Part shown: in pieces, positions 9,351 to 17,313 of the stretch
Layout: each line of letters begins with the position of its first letter
Numbering within the stretch: the first letter of the stretch is position 1
From: Candidatus Heimdallarchaeota archaeon
GTDB lineage: Archaea > Asgardarchaeota > Wukongarchaeia > Wukongarchaeales > JBHIFL01
DNA: 20,000 nucleotides
Assembly: GCA_046761065.1 (NCBI GenBank)
Contig: JBHIFL010000001.1
Location: 72,716-92,715 of the forward strand
Reading direction: 5' to 3'
Notes under the pieces: model-generated
Seen by the model: the letters and a program-made list of their open reading frames with translations, nothing else
The model's database searches: none
What the model was told of the DNA's origin: nothing
Translations under genes and position numbers: made by a program

Positions 9351-9821
9351 CTATTCCTCTTCTAGTCGAAGATCAGTGGAACGGTATGGTCGGCCTGAAT
9401 TTGTGAGAATATAGGGTACAAAGATCTTGACTAACGGGGTGAGACCTCTTGAACTACGCACCGCATTAATTTTATCCAGCATAGGATGTGTTTCTTCCGA
9501 AACGATCATTGCATCAGCATCTGCTAGCTCCTCGCTTATTCCTTCCGGTTTCGTAAGCTGGGCAATCTGAAATCTTCCTTGAAAATTCCCGTTTGCGAGA
9601 TATTCTTTAAGTTGTTTAACGCGTTCTTTAAAGGGTTGAATCTTCTCCGCCGCCATTTTTCCCTGTACCATCTCATCTGAAGTCACGCCTATCGCTACCT
9701 GTTTTGCGAGGGTGAGAGCCACTTCCAAGAGCACACGATGAGCCACATGCAAACGATCGAACGTGCCTCCGTACAAGCATAGCTTGAAACATCGCTGGGC
9801 TTCATCACGAAGGCCAATCAA
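9351..9821 (-). CDS. coaD: Phosphopantetheine adenylyltransferase, archaeal type (cytidylyltransferase superfamily)
   Basis: GGTFDRLHVAHRVLL nucleotidyltransferase (H/T)xGH motif. About 150 aa. Lies 28 nt downstream of the hydrolase gene on the same strand. The start is uncertain: TTG at 9821 or an internal TTG giving MYGGTFD. Confidence 0.65.
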   Translation of the reverse strand: MIGLRDEAQRCFKLCLYGGTFDRLHVAHRVLLEVALTLAKQVAIGVTSDEMVQGKMAAEKIQPFKERVKQLKEYLANGNFQGRFQIAQLTKPEGISEELADADAMIVSEETHPMLDKINAVRSSRGLTPLVKIFVPYILTNSGRPYRSTDLRLEEE

Positions 9822-9849
9822 GATACCGCCCCCTATAAGGTTTATCGTT

Positions 9850-10515
9850 TTAGATTGAAACTGTTTCGCCAGGTTTCAGAATCCTAACCTCCGCCGCTTC
9901 ACCTACAAGCTTTTTGAACTCCTCCGCATCTTGTTCTATCGCCGGGAAGGTATTGAAGTGACAGGGAATTGCAATCTTCGGATAGAGCATCCGGATCGCT
10001 TCTGCAGCTTCCCTCGGTCCCATTGTGTACGTCGATCCAATCGGAATCAAAACGACTTTCGGCAAGTAGAGTTTCGCAAGGAGTGCCATATCCCCGAATA
10101 CCGCAGTGTCTCCCGGAAAATAGATCGGGCCTTCTGAAAGGTGAACAATAAAGCCACAAGGCATACCCCTTTCACATGAATGGAAGGCTTGTGTAAATGT
10201 GATGGGAATATTTGTTGGGGTCACAACAGTCCCTCCAATATTGCCTCCAATCGCACATTTAACCCCACCCTTCTCTGCTTCGATAGCAAGCTCATGAACT
10301 CCTATAAAACATGCATCATGTTGTTTGCAGATTGTTGCCGCATCATTAAACCCGTGATCCTCATGATCGTGTGTAACGCAAACGATATCCACCTGCTGGA
10401 TTTCTTCTACGCTTTTAAATGGGTTTGTCGGGTTAGCCGTGATCCAAGGGTCAAACAGAACTACAACTTCACTTTCTACCATGAATGCGGCATGGCCGAG
10501 CCAAGTGATTTTCAT
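9850..10515 (-). CDS. UPF0173-type metal-dependent hydrolase (metallo-beta-lactamase fold)
   Basis: MKITWLGHAAF N-terminus and THDHEDHG metal-binding motif. I prefer ATG at 10515 (GAGGT 7 nt upstream) over the track's TTG at 10521. Confidence 0.8.
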   Translation of the reverse strand: MKITWLGHAAFMVESEVVVLFDPWITANPTNPFKSVEEIQQVDIVCVTHDHEDHGFNDAATICKQHDACFIGVHELAIEAEKGGVKCAIGGNIGGTVVTPTNIPITFTQAFHSCERGMPCGFIVHLSEGPIYFPGDTAVFGDMALLAKLYLPKVVLIPIGSTYTMGPREAAEAIRMLYPKIAIPCHFNTFPAIEQDAEEFKKLVGEAAEVRILKPGETVSI

Positions 10516-10700
10516 TATCAAACCTCGTTGAAATTCATTATTTCGTTCTTATCTTATATTTGGTGATCCCGTCCAGTTTTTTTACTTTCTGTCATTAACC
10601 AACGAGCCTACCATTAAAGTCCCATGGTTATCCAAGAGTAATCATCCTTTCTACGAATCCGTTAATCCCTAAAAATATTTACAGTGATAATGATCTTAGC

Positions 10701-10716
10701 AAAAGATTAATAATTG
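10701..10716 (+). promoter_or_regulatory. Putative archaeal BRE/TATA promoter for the permuted 5S transcript
   Basis: aaaagattaataattg has an A-rich BRE-like run plus a TTAATAAT TATA-like box. It is centred about 27 nt upstream of the first base of the leader stem (10737). Confidence 0.35.
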
Positions 10717-10736
10717 AATTTAATTCACCATTACTC

Positions 10737-10895
10737 ACTGCAGTGGAGCCGAAAGATAAGCTCGTTTCCGTTCTTGAGTGTACTACGCTGCGAGAGCGCG
10801 TGGGAAATCAGGGAAGCTACCATTTCTCTGAGGTGGTGGCCAGAGGGGCGAGGAAACTCCCGGTCTCATTCCGAACCCGGAAACTCCATTGCAGT
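10737..10895 (+). rRNA. 5S rRNA gene in circularly permuted order, including leader/trailer processing stem
   Basis: 10755-10822 matches the 3' half: GATAAGC-CTCGTTTCC-GTTCTTGAGTGTACTACGCTGCGAGAGCGCGTGGGAAATCAGGGAA-GCTACCA. Compare H. marismortui GAUAAGCCCACCAGCGUUCCGGGGAGUACUG..GCGAG..UGGGAAACCCGGUUCGCCGCC. Loop CTCTG at 10826-10830 caps helix I. 10831-10880 matches the 5' half: GGTGGTGGC-CAGA-GGGGCGAGG-AAACT-CCCGGTCTCATTCCGAACCCGG. Compare Sulfolobus CACCCGGACUCAUUUCGAACCCGGAAGUUAAGC. Flanking 12-bp stem 10737-10748/10884-10895. Confidence 0.8.
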
Positions 10896-11064
10896 CTATT
10901 TCTTCAATTTATTTCCCAAAAAGGGATTAGATGTTTTGTTTTTAACTGAATTTCAGAGGCTCATTAATAATAGGATCCAAATCAATGGTTGAATGGCAGA
11001 ATGAGATAGTTGTCCTTATCCAAAACTCCTAGTTTTATAACTTCACTTCGTCCTGTAGTTTTAG

Positions 11065-11664
11065 TCAATGTTCTGGAGGGATGGTTTCTATAATACCTCC
11101 TTTCTCTGGAGTGATGACTAGAACATCAATTCCATCCCCCGATGTAGCTTCTCGCCGTGAAGCCATCCGAATAGTCTCGATCACAAGTTCTCGTCCCTTA
11201 TTTGTTGTGATATCAGTAAAATAGCCATCTTCAAGGACCCCAATAGCAATTTGAGCACCTGTTCCAGTTGCCGCATAGTCTTCAGCCATCAGACTCCCAA
11301 TGGGATCCAATACATAAATATGGTTGCCTTTTTTGTCGGTCCCACCAACTATCGGTTCAACATAATATGGAAATATCCGGTTATTAAAAAGAACATTCGC
11401 CATGAGCTTTGCTGCAGTGCGGGTACCAATCATTTCCCCCTCTCGTTCCAAGTTATAGAGATTCACATAAGCCTTGATTAACCGAACAATTTGCTGGGAG
11501 TCGCTGAAAAGTCCTGCCACTGCGGCTCCGATTCTTTCATCAACTAAAAACACTTTTCGAACATTTCTGGATTGGATGAACCTTCCTAATGCCATCCGTT
11601 TCTCCGCAGCTAGAACGACTCCATCAGTACAACTTAACCCTACAGCTGTTGCTCCTGCAATCAT
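11065..11664 (-). CDS. psmB: Proteasome beta-type subunit with Thr1 replaced by Ala (predicted non-catalytic)
   Basis: Gap-free alignment to T. acidophilum and M. jannaschii beta subunits: G|ATAVGLSCTDGVVLAAEKR..RK versus G|TTTVGI...TERR..KK. Glu17 and Lys33 equivalents are present. An in-frame TAA lies 5 codons upstream of the ATG, so no longer propeptide is possible. Confidence 0.88.
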   Translation of the reverse strand: MIAGATAVGLSCTDGVVLAAEKRMALGRFIQSRNVRKVFLVDERIGAAVAGLFSDSQQIVRLIKAYVNLYNLEREGEMIGTRTAAKLMANVLFNNRIFPYYVEPIVGGTDKKGNHIYVLDPIGSLMAEDYAATGTGAQIAIGVLEDGYFTDITTNKGRELVIETIRMASRREATSGDGIDVLVITPEKGGIIETIPPEH

Positions 11665-12256
11665 CTATATCACACTCTTATTTGCAATTTTTGGCTTCAT
11701 CAAATTCCGTTATTTAGTGTGTTCTTACCGTCTTTGGGAGTTTTGATTGCCAATGCATATTTCTTTATTTGTAGTTAGTATTCCTAATTCGCCTTCAACA
11801 TTCATAAATCTAGAGGGTTTTTAGCATTTTGTTTCTGGGTGGTTTCTTAAAATCCAGTTGTGGATAATCAGTATCGTTATAGCAACTCTTGAAAACCCAT
11901 AAGATCGGGACATGCATTGTGGGCTGGATATTCTCTGAATATTCTCTTCCATTGGGAATTTTTATATCCATTAAACTTTTCTATTCATTTATACGGGTTT
12001 TTGTTATTTTTGACTAAAAATGGATTAAGGCTTATTTAAAGAGATAAACAGGGTGCTTCTAGGATTTACAAGCAATTATCAAAGGATTTAAATAAGAAGT
12101 CCTATTAACTACATTTAGAATTATAAATACAATCTGGTGGGGTTTGATCCCTTGGACTGGAATTTGCTTTAATGAGAACATTATTTTTCCGAAATCCCCA
12201 GTCCATTTCAGATTCGTACCCTCTGAATATTGGGTTTACGCAAAATAAACACCTAT

Positions 12257-12283
12257 TCCTACTAGGTTATATCCCTAGTAGGA
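12257..12283. promoter_or_regulatory. Perfect 9-bp inverted repeat upstream of trpS (possible operator or 5'-UTR hairpin)
   Basis: cctactagg (12258-12266), ttatatc, cctagtagg (12274-12282). The flanking t/a extends it to 10 bp. It ends 62 nt before the trpS ATG. Confidence 0.4.
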
Positions 12284-12343
12284 GAACCCCTCAATCGTAT
12301 GCTTCACGGATGCTGAAATGCTTGAAATTGGAGGTTCTACCTT

Positions 12344-13465
12344 ATGACTAGAGAAAATTCTGAGGAACTAGTAGTAGATGCATTTGGAGGAGGAGTAAGA
12401 GAGGATGATTATGCTTACTTGATGACGGAATTCGGAATCGAACGTATCCAAGATATTCTCTCCAATATCCCTGAACCGCACTTCTATATGACGCGAGGGA
12501 TCATGTTTGGACACACGGATCTGGGTCGTATACTCGAAGCAATTCGGAAGAACCGGCCCTTTGCGGTTATGACAGGGATTAAACCCTCATCATACTACCA
12601 TCTAGGTTCTTTCATTACAGCGACAGAAGTCATCTATTTCCAGAGATTAGGAGCACACGTCTCCTTTTGCATTGCAGATCTAGAATCGTATGCGGATGGG
12701 CGCCAAACACCGCAAGAAACGACCAAATATGCTATTGATAACATAACAGATGTTTTGGCCTTAGGCCTTGACCCGAAGCGGGCCTATATATATCGACAAT
12801 CAGAGGAGCTCGACGTGTTACGATTGGCTAGCCTTTTTGCAGCCCACGTGACGTATAATATGATGAAGGGACTCTATGGGGAAAGAGGGTTTGGACATTA
12901 CCACGCAGCGTTGATTCAAGCAGGAGACATTCTACTTCCCCAACTTGAGCGTTTCGGTGGTCCTAAGCCAACAGTAACCCCAGTTGGGGCAGATCAGGCA
13001 CCACATGCCCGTTTAACGCGAGATCTCGCAAAAAAAGAAGTCTTTCAGAAATTCTATGAATTTGTCCCCTCTGGTTTCACCTATCATTTACTGCTTAAGG
13101 GACTTGATGGCACTAATAAAATGTCTAAACGAACAGCTATGTCATTTTTCAATTTCCAGGAAGAAGACTTCTTAATCAAACAGAAAGTGTTGAACGCCTT
13201 TACCGGAGGACGGGACACCGTTGAAGAGCAAAAACGGCTTGGCGGACGACCCGATATTTGTCGAAATTTCGATTTAGGCAAATTTTTCTTTATCCAGAGT
13301 GATAAAGAACTAGCAGATTTACGGGAAGAATGCATGAGTGGCCGATTACTTTGTGGAGAATGCAAACTGCAAATGCTCGAGCGGGTCTTAGAGTTCAAGC
13401 ATCGACATAACGCCAAAAAAGAGAAATTACAGGATATGGCTCGTGAGATTATCTTGGGAGAATAA
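12344..13465 (+). CDS. trpS: Tryptophanyl-tRNA synthetase, archaeal/eukaryal type, with a four-Cys motif
   Basis: HIGH-like YYHLGS, KMSKS-like KMSKR, and GADQAPHARLTRD. AFTGGRDTVEEQKRLGGRPD closely matches archaeal/eukaryal TrpRS AFSGGRDTVEEHRKFGGNPD. GGAGG 10 nt upstream of the ATG. Confidence 0.88.
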   Translation: MTRENSEELVVDAFGGGVREDDYAYLMTEFGIERIQDILSNIPEPHFYMTRGIMFGHTDLGRILEAIRKNRPFAVMTGIKPSSYYHLGSFITATEVIYFQRLGAHVSFCIADLESYADGRQTPQETTKYAIDNITDVLALGLDPKRAYIYRQSEELDVLRLASLFAAHVTYNMMKGLYGERGFGHYHAALIQAGDILLPQLERFGGPKPTVTPVGADQAPHARLTRDLAKKEVFQKFYEFVPSGFTYHLLLKGLDGTNKMSKRTAMSFFNFQEEDFLIKQKVLNAFTGGRDTVEEQKRLGGRPDICRNFDLGKFFFIQSDKELADLREECMSGRLLCGECKLQMLERVLEFKHRHNAKKEKLQDMAREIILGE

Positions 13466-13702
13466 TACGCTCTTGTGAGCTTATTCGAGGTATTCTGAGT
13501 AACAAAGAACTTGAAAGATTAAGAGAGAGCAGAGAAAAGAAGAAAGATGGTCTTTTAATGAACGAAGTTCAATCACTGTATTGTTTCAAGTGAGGAACTC
13601 CCAATAGGGAACCAATAAAGACAAACATCAGGAAGCGTAAAAGAAAATTCTTGTATTGAATAGTTGATTTTTATTACACATTAACCTTAAGTATCCCTGA
13701 GT

Positions 13703-14701
13703 GTGGAAAGGATGCAGCAAATAACGGAAAACTGGCTTGACAGCGCATTTAAGCGAGCTATGCGGATTTCTGCGAAATCCTCAAAGACACTCCCAGCGAT
13801 TGTTCGAGCGAAAAACCGTGAAAGTGCACGGGTACGAACGGCGGCACAAGTCCTGAAAGATCGGCTTAGTAGGGTTCAGCGATGGTTTCCAAGTTTCGAT
13901 AAGATGCATCCCTTCTACAGAGCAACACTGAGCATCTTCATTTCGCTTGATAAGGTGAAACAAGCGATTGGCTCCATCGTTGGCGGACAAAGCGTCATCC
14001 AAGCGATTGAACGGGATCAGATTAAAAAGATCAAGCGCGCGACAGAAAGTATCCAAGCAATTAGAGCTAGAAAGCAAGCCTTTGCCCGTTTTGCATCATT
14101 TTTAGGTAAATTGGAGCAAAGGGTACAATTTCTTCAGGAACTACGATTTAAAATGCGAGGGTTCCCGAACTTAGATCCCAATCTGCCAACTGTGGTTTTA
14201 GCTGGTTATCCCAACGTAGGAAAGAGCACTGTTGTTCAAAAAATCTCGTCCGCTAATCCTGAAATCGCTCATTATCCTTTCACGACAAAAGAAGTCTCTA
14301 TAGGACATGTAAACATCTTAAACGTCAAGACACAGATTGTGGATACGCCAGGAATACTAGATAGACCCGCTACTGAACGGAACCCAATCGAAAAACAAGC
14401 ACTGGTTGCTCTACACCATCTTCCAGATCTGGTGGTCTTCATTTTTGACCCTTCGTTCAGCTGCGGATACGAGCTGCAAGCCCAAGAAAATTTATTTAAG
14501 GAGATTTTAGATACCTTTCCTACGACTCCGATCATTATTGCAATAAATAAAGTGGATATTGCCTCAAAAGATACAATTGATCAGTTGAAAGAGCGACTAA
14601 ATGAAAATAAAGATTGTGTAGAGATTATTGCAACTGAAGAAAAAGGTCTTGATATCTTATTGAAGAATATTGGAAGATACCTTCATCAAAGGAAATTGTA
14701 G
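13703..14701 (+). CDS. Nog1-family GTP-binding protein (archaeal NOG1 homolog)
   Basis: N-terminal helical NOG1-like region, then G1 GYPNVGKST, G3 DTPGILDRP and G4 NKVD. The track's GTG start at 13703 may really be the ATG at 13712 (MQQITENW). Confidence 0.8.
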   Translation: MERMQQITENWLDSAFKRAMRISAKSSKTLPAIVRAKNRESARVRTAAQVLKDRLSRVQRWFPSFDKMHPFYRATLSIFISLDKVKQAIGSIVGGQSVIQAIERDQIKKIKRATESIQAIRARKQAFARFASFLGKLEQRVQFLQELRFKMRGFPNLDPNLPTVVLAGYPNVGKSTVVQKISSANPEIAHYPFTTKEVSIGHVNILNVKTQIVDTPGILDRPATERNPIEKQALVALHHLPDLVVFIFDPSFSCGYELQAQENLFKEILDTFPTTPIIIAINKVDIASKDTIDQLKERLNENKDCVEIIATEEKGLDILLKNIGRYLHQRKL

Positions 14702-14800
14702 CATCGAGTGTCTGTTTAAAGCTACCAGCTCCTATTATCCATCCCTCAATGGAAGCCAATTCACCGCTAAATATTTATAAAACTAAAGAAGGACAGTGAT

Positions 14801-15310
14801 ATGCCTGTATTACCGATTTTGTTATTAGGGAATCCTCTGCTACGCGAACAAACAAGTCCTGTTGAAACCTTCAATCTGAAAGAATTACAACATACAATCA
14901 TCAATATGGAAGACACCCTTATCCATCTACAAAAACAAGAAGGATTGGGTCGAGGCCTAGCAGCCCCACAGATTGGTGTTTTAAAACAAATCATTGTCTT
15001 TAAAACACCAGGCGCTCCTCATGTTATGATTAATCCGAAAATTCGCGAAATGAGTTCAGAGCAATTTGTTGTCTGGGATAGTTGTTTTTGCTTTAAACTA
15101 GCCTTTTTTGTTGAAGTCAAGCGGTTTCAGAAAATAAGTGTTGAGTACCAAGACGCAAAGGGGGTTCAGAAGGTCATTGACGCGGAAAATGCGCTTGCCG
15201 AACTCTTTCAACATGAAATTGATCATTTAAATGGCATTCTTGCCATTGATCGAATGATCTCCACACGTCGGATCTTAATGAGAGAGGAATGGGAGAATCA
15301 ATTCCAATGA
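14801..15310 (+). CDS. def: Peptide deformylase homolog
   Basis: Motif 1 GRGLAAPQIG (GxGxAAxQ). Motif 2 is degenerate, DSCFC at the position of EGCLS, with the Cys kept. Motif 3 QHEIDHLNG (HExxH). About 170 aa. Confidence 0.8.
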   Translation: MPVLPILLLGNPLLREQTSPVETFNLKELQHTIINMEDTLIHLQKQEGLGRGLAAPQIGVLKQIIVFKTPGAPHVMINPKIREMSSEQFVVWDSCFCFKLAFFVEVKRFQKISVEYQDAKGVQKVIDAENALAELFQHEIDHLNGILAIDRMISTRRILMREEWENQFQ

Positions 15311-15801
15311 TTTTAGCAGCTTCTTTTGGTCATGAGGACAGAAATCAAATCACCGTGTAATCTGAGCATCAAACAGTAATACGAACAGCTTATGAGAGAA
15401 TAAGGAAGATTTGTCTAAGTTAATTGAGATCAAGTATTAATAAATACAAAAAACCGGTTAAATCGTGTTATATCTAAATTAGGATGAAAATCTTATATTA
15501 GGAGGACAATTAAAACTAAAACACATTTAGTTCTGTTATGTTTGTCATTAATCGTTCACATTTTACTTTTATTAGAACTTTTATGGGGGTTTTTCAATAG
15601 GTGGAGTCTTCGGATTGTAATTGCTGCCCGTATCACTATAGTAACGTTCCATGGTTTAAAGAGACTCTAAATGACGTTCAAACGAAAAGGAAGAGAGATC
15701 ATAGAAAGGTCCTTTGAAAGATTGAATAATATGCATCAAAGAGAGATATCGAAGAAGAAATTCCAATAATCTCTGAGTCGGTGCTGGTGTCTATGCTATT
15801 A

Positions 15802-16866
15802 CTATAATGATCTTCCCGCCCCATGACATTCAATAGTAACAGGTTCCCCAAGTCGTCCAATTACATTAAATTCGGCTCCTGCAATGGTTTCACATAGTTC
15901 AATAGCTGTAATAGCATGTAATGTAAGTTCTGTGCAGCCTATTCGACTAACACCATCAGCCAACGCCATCCAAACGATCAATTGATCTGAGAGGTGTTTG
16001 TCGATGGGCTTATTTCGCTGTAATTGAGAAATGAACTGACGTGCAGCTTCTTCTCCAACATGTTCGGCCTTTTTACCCCGTTCACCTAATGAATCCGCCC
16101 CAATAATAGCACCTAAGGAGGATTTAGCCCATAGAACAATCCCTGATCCGGGGGATCTAGCGCTCATATCGGTTTTAACTTCGATTGATACCTCGTTGAG
16201 CCCGTGTTTGGCAAGGGTACGCCTCGCAGATCGAGCTTGCCTTTCCGCCACATGTCTTGGCAGCTTTGAGCAATAAGATATGCCCTCAATGGCCTCAATT
16301 TTTCCTCGTTCAGGCAGAACAATGGGATTTATTTTATGAATCGGTGTTGCTTCGACTTCGACCAGTCCACCCCCTTTAGGATAGTAACCACGTCTCACTA
16401 GGTTCACAGTGGGTTCAAATCCCATATGTGTGGAGAGGATCGGAAGAAAAACGTTGGTCATATAGGGAATTGGAGGGGCCCACTTGACACTCGTCCCCCC
16501 CATTATTTTCAGGGAGGATCTGACTTGCGTGAATGCGAATACTGGAAGCACACATTGCAGGAGCAAAGTGATACTTCCAGCAGTTCCAATATCAATTGAA
16601 AAAGAACCCCCTCGAATTGATTTAGGAGAAAATCGTACCTCCATGCTGTTCTCCTCTAATCCCCACATCTCAGCTCCGCATACCCTTCCGACCAGCCTCA
16701 CAGCTTGCCTATGTTGCGGTCGAAGTCCAGGATTTTTTCGTTTCTTTCTGATATTATAGACTCTGATTTGACGGCCATAAATAGCTGCTAACGCCACGGC
16801 ATTACGTAACAGTTGCCCTCCGCCCTCACCTTGAGAGCCATCGATGTCTATTAGGCCTTCATGCAT
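15802..16866 (-). CDS. rtcA: RNA 3'-terminal phosphate cyclase
   Basis: N-terminal IDIDGSQGEGGGQLLRNAVALAAI is the RtcA signature. Length ~350 aa. Conserved H in DKHLSDQLI, the adenylylation-site region. Confidence 0.88.
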   Translation of the reverse strand: MHEGLIDIDGSQGEGGGQLLRNAVALAAIYGRQIRVYNIRKKRKNPGLRPQHRQAVRLVGRVCGAEMWGLEENSMEVRFSPKSIRGGSFSIDIGTAGSITLLLQCVLPVFAFTQVRSSLKIMGGTSVKWAPPIPYMTNVFLPILSTHMGFEPTVNLVRRGYYPKGGGLVEVEATPIHKINPIVLPERGKIEAIEGISYCSKLPRHVAERQARSARRTLAKHGLNEVSIEVKTDMSARSPGSGIVLWAKSSLGAIIGADSLGERGKKAEHVGEEAARQFISQLQRNKPIDKHLSDQLIVWMALADGVSRIGCTELTLHAITAIELCETIAGAEFNVIGRLGEPVTIECHGAGRSL

Positions 16867-17040
16867 GGTTATATCCCCTAAATGAAATCGATGCTATACT
16901 GAGTAAATCACTTCGTCTTTATTACCAACCTAGATTGGATTATAGCAAGTATACTTTCCTATCATCTTTTAAGAATTAATAATATTGCGTATACGATGGT
17001 TTCCAGGTGATAAGATGTCAATAACACCTTAAAAATTACT

Positions 17041-17313
17041 CTAAACTTTACGTTCAGTTTTAGAACGGATATTAACAAGACCACGATGAACCGCACAACT
17101 GACGCAGTAATATACAATCCTTCGCTCCCTGGGAATGTAACTTCCACGTTGACGGAGTTCACGTCCGAGGACTGGATCTACTAGACTGCTGTACCGCGTC
17201 TTCTTTTTTGCTTTATCACGAGGAACCATCTGGCCACAAGCCGTACACTGAACCATCGAGCTTCGGCCTTTCTTTCCTTTTGTACGGCCTCGAGATTTTC
17301 GTTTTTTTCCCAA
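17041..17313 (-). CDS. rps26e: Small-subunit ribosomal protein eS26
   Basis: MGKKRKSRGRTKGKKGR basic N-terminus. Cys pairs CTAC ... CVSC. IPRERRIVYYCVSCAVHRGLV is typical of S26e. TTG start. Confidence 0.88.
   Translation of the reverse strand: MGKKRKSRGRTKGKKGRSSMVQCTACGQMVPRDKAKKKTRYSSLVDPVLGRELRQRGSYIPRERRIVYYCVSCAVHRGLVNIRSKTERKV

Noticed and set aside
10714-10992. ORF-track entries of 92 aa (10714-10992) and 68 aa (10743-10949) on the plus strand
   Set aside because: Both lie directly over the 5S rRNA sequence and its T-rich trailer. Their translations are low-complexity and show no Shine-Dalgarno site. They are explained by the RNA gene.
12139-12151. ggggtttgatccc, resembling a tRNA T-arm
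   Set aside because: The 3' side does not complement the 5' side beyond 2-3 bp. No acceptor, D or anticodon arms can be built around it.
12096-12239. A reading frame upstream of trpS with tandem TGG TGG (12135-12140) and two more Trp codons, reminiscent of a trp attenuation leader peptide
   Set aside because: The frame is open only from 12096 and has no ATG, GTG or TTG before the tandem Trp codons. The first possible start (TTG at 12144) lies after them and has no usable Shine-Dalgarno spacing. Bacterial-style attenuation is also not established in archaea.
16962-17162. 66-aa minus-strand ORF overlapping the 3' end of the eS26 gene
   Set aside because: It is out of frame with a highly recognisable eS26 sequence, and its hydrophobic low-complexity translation comes from AT-rich DNA.
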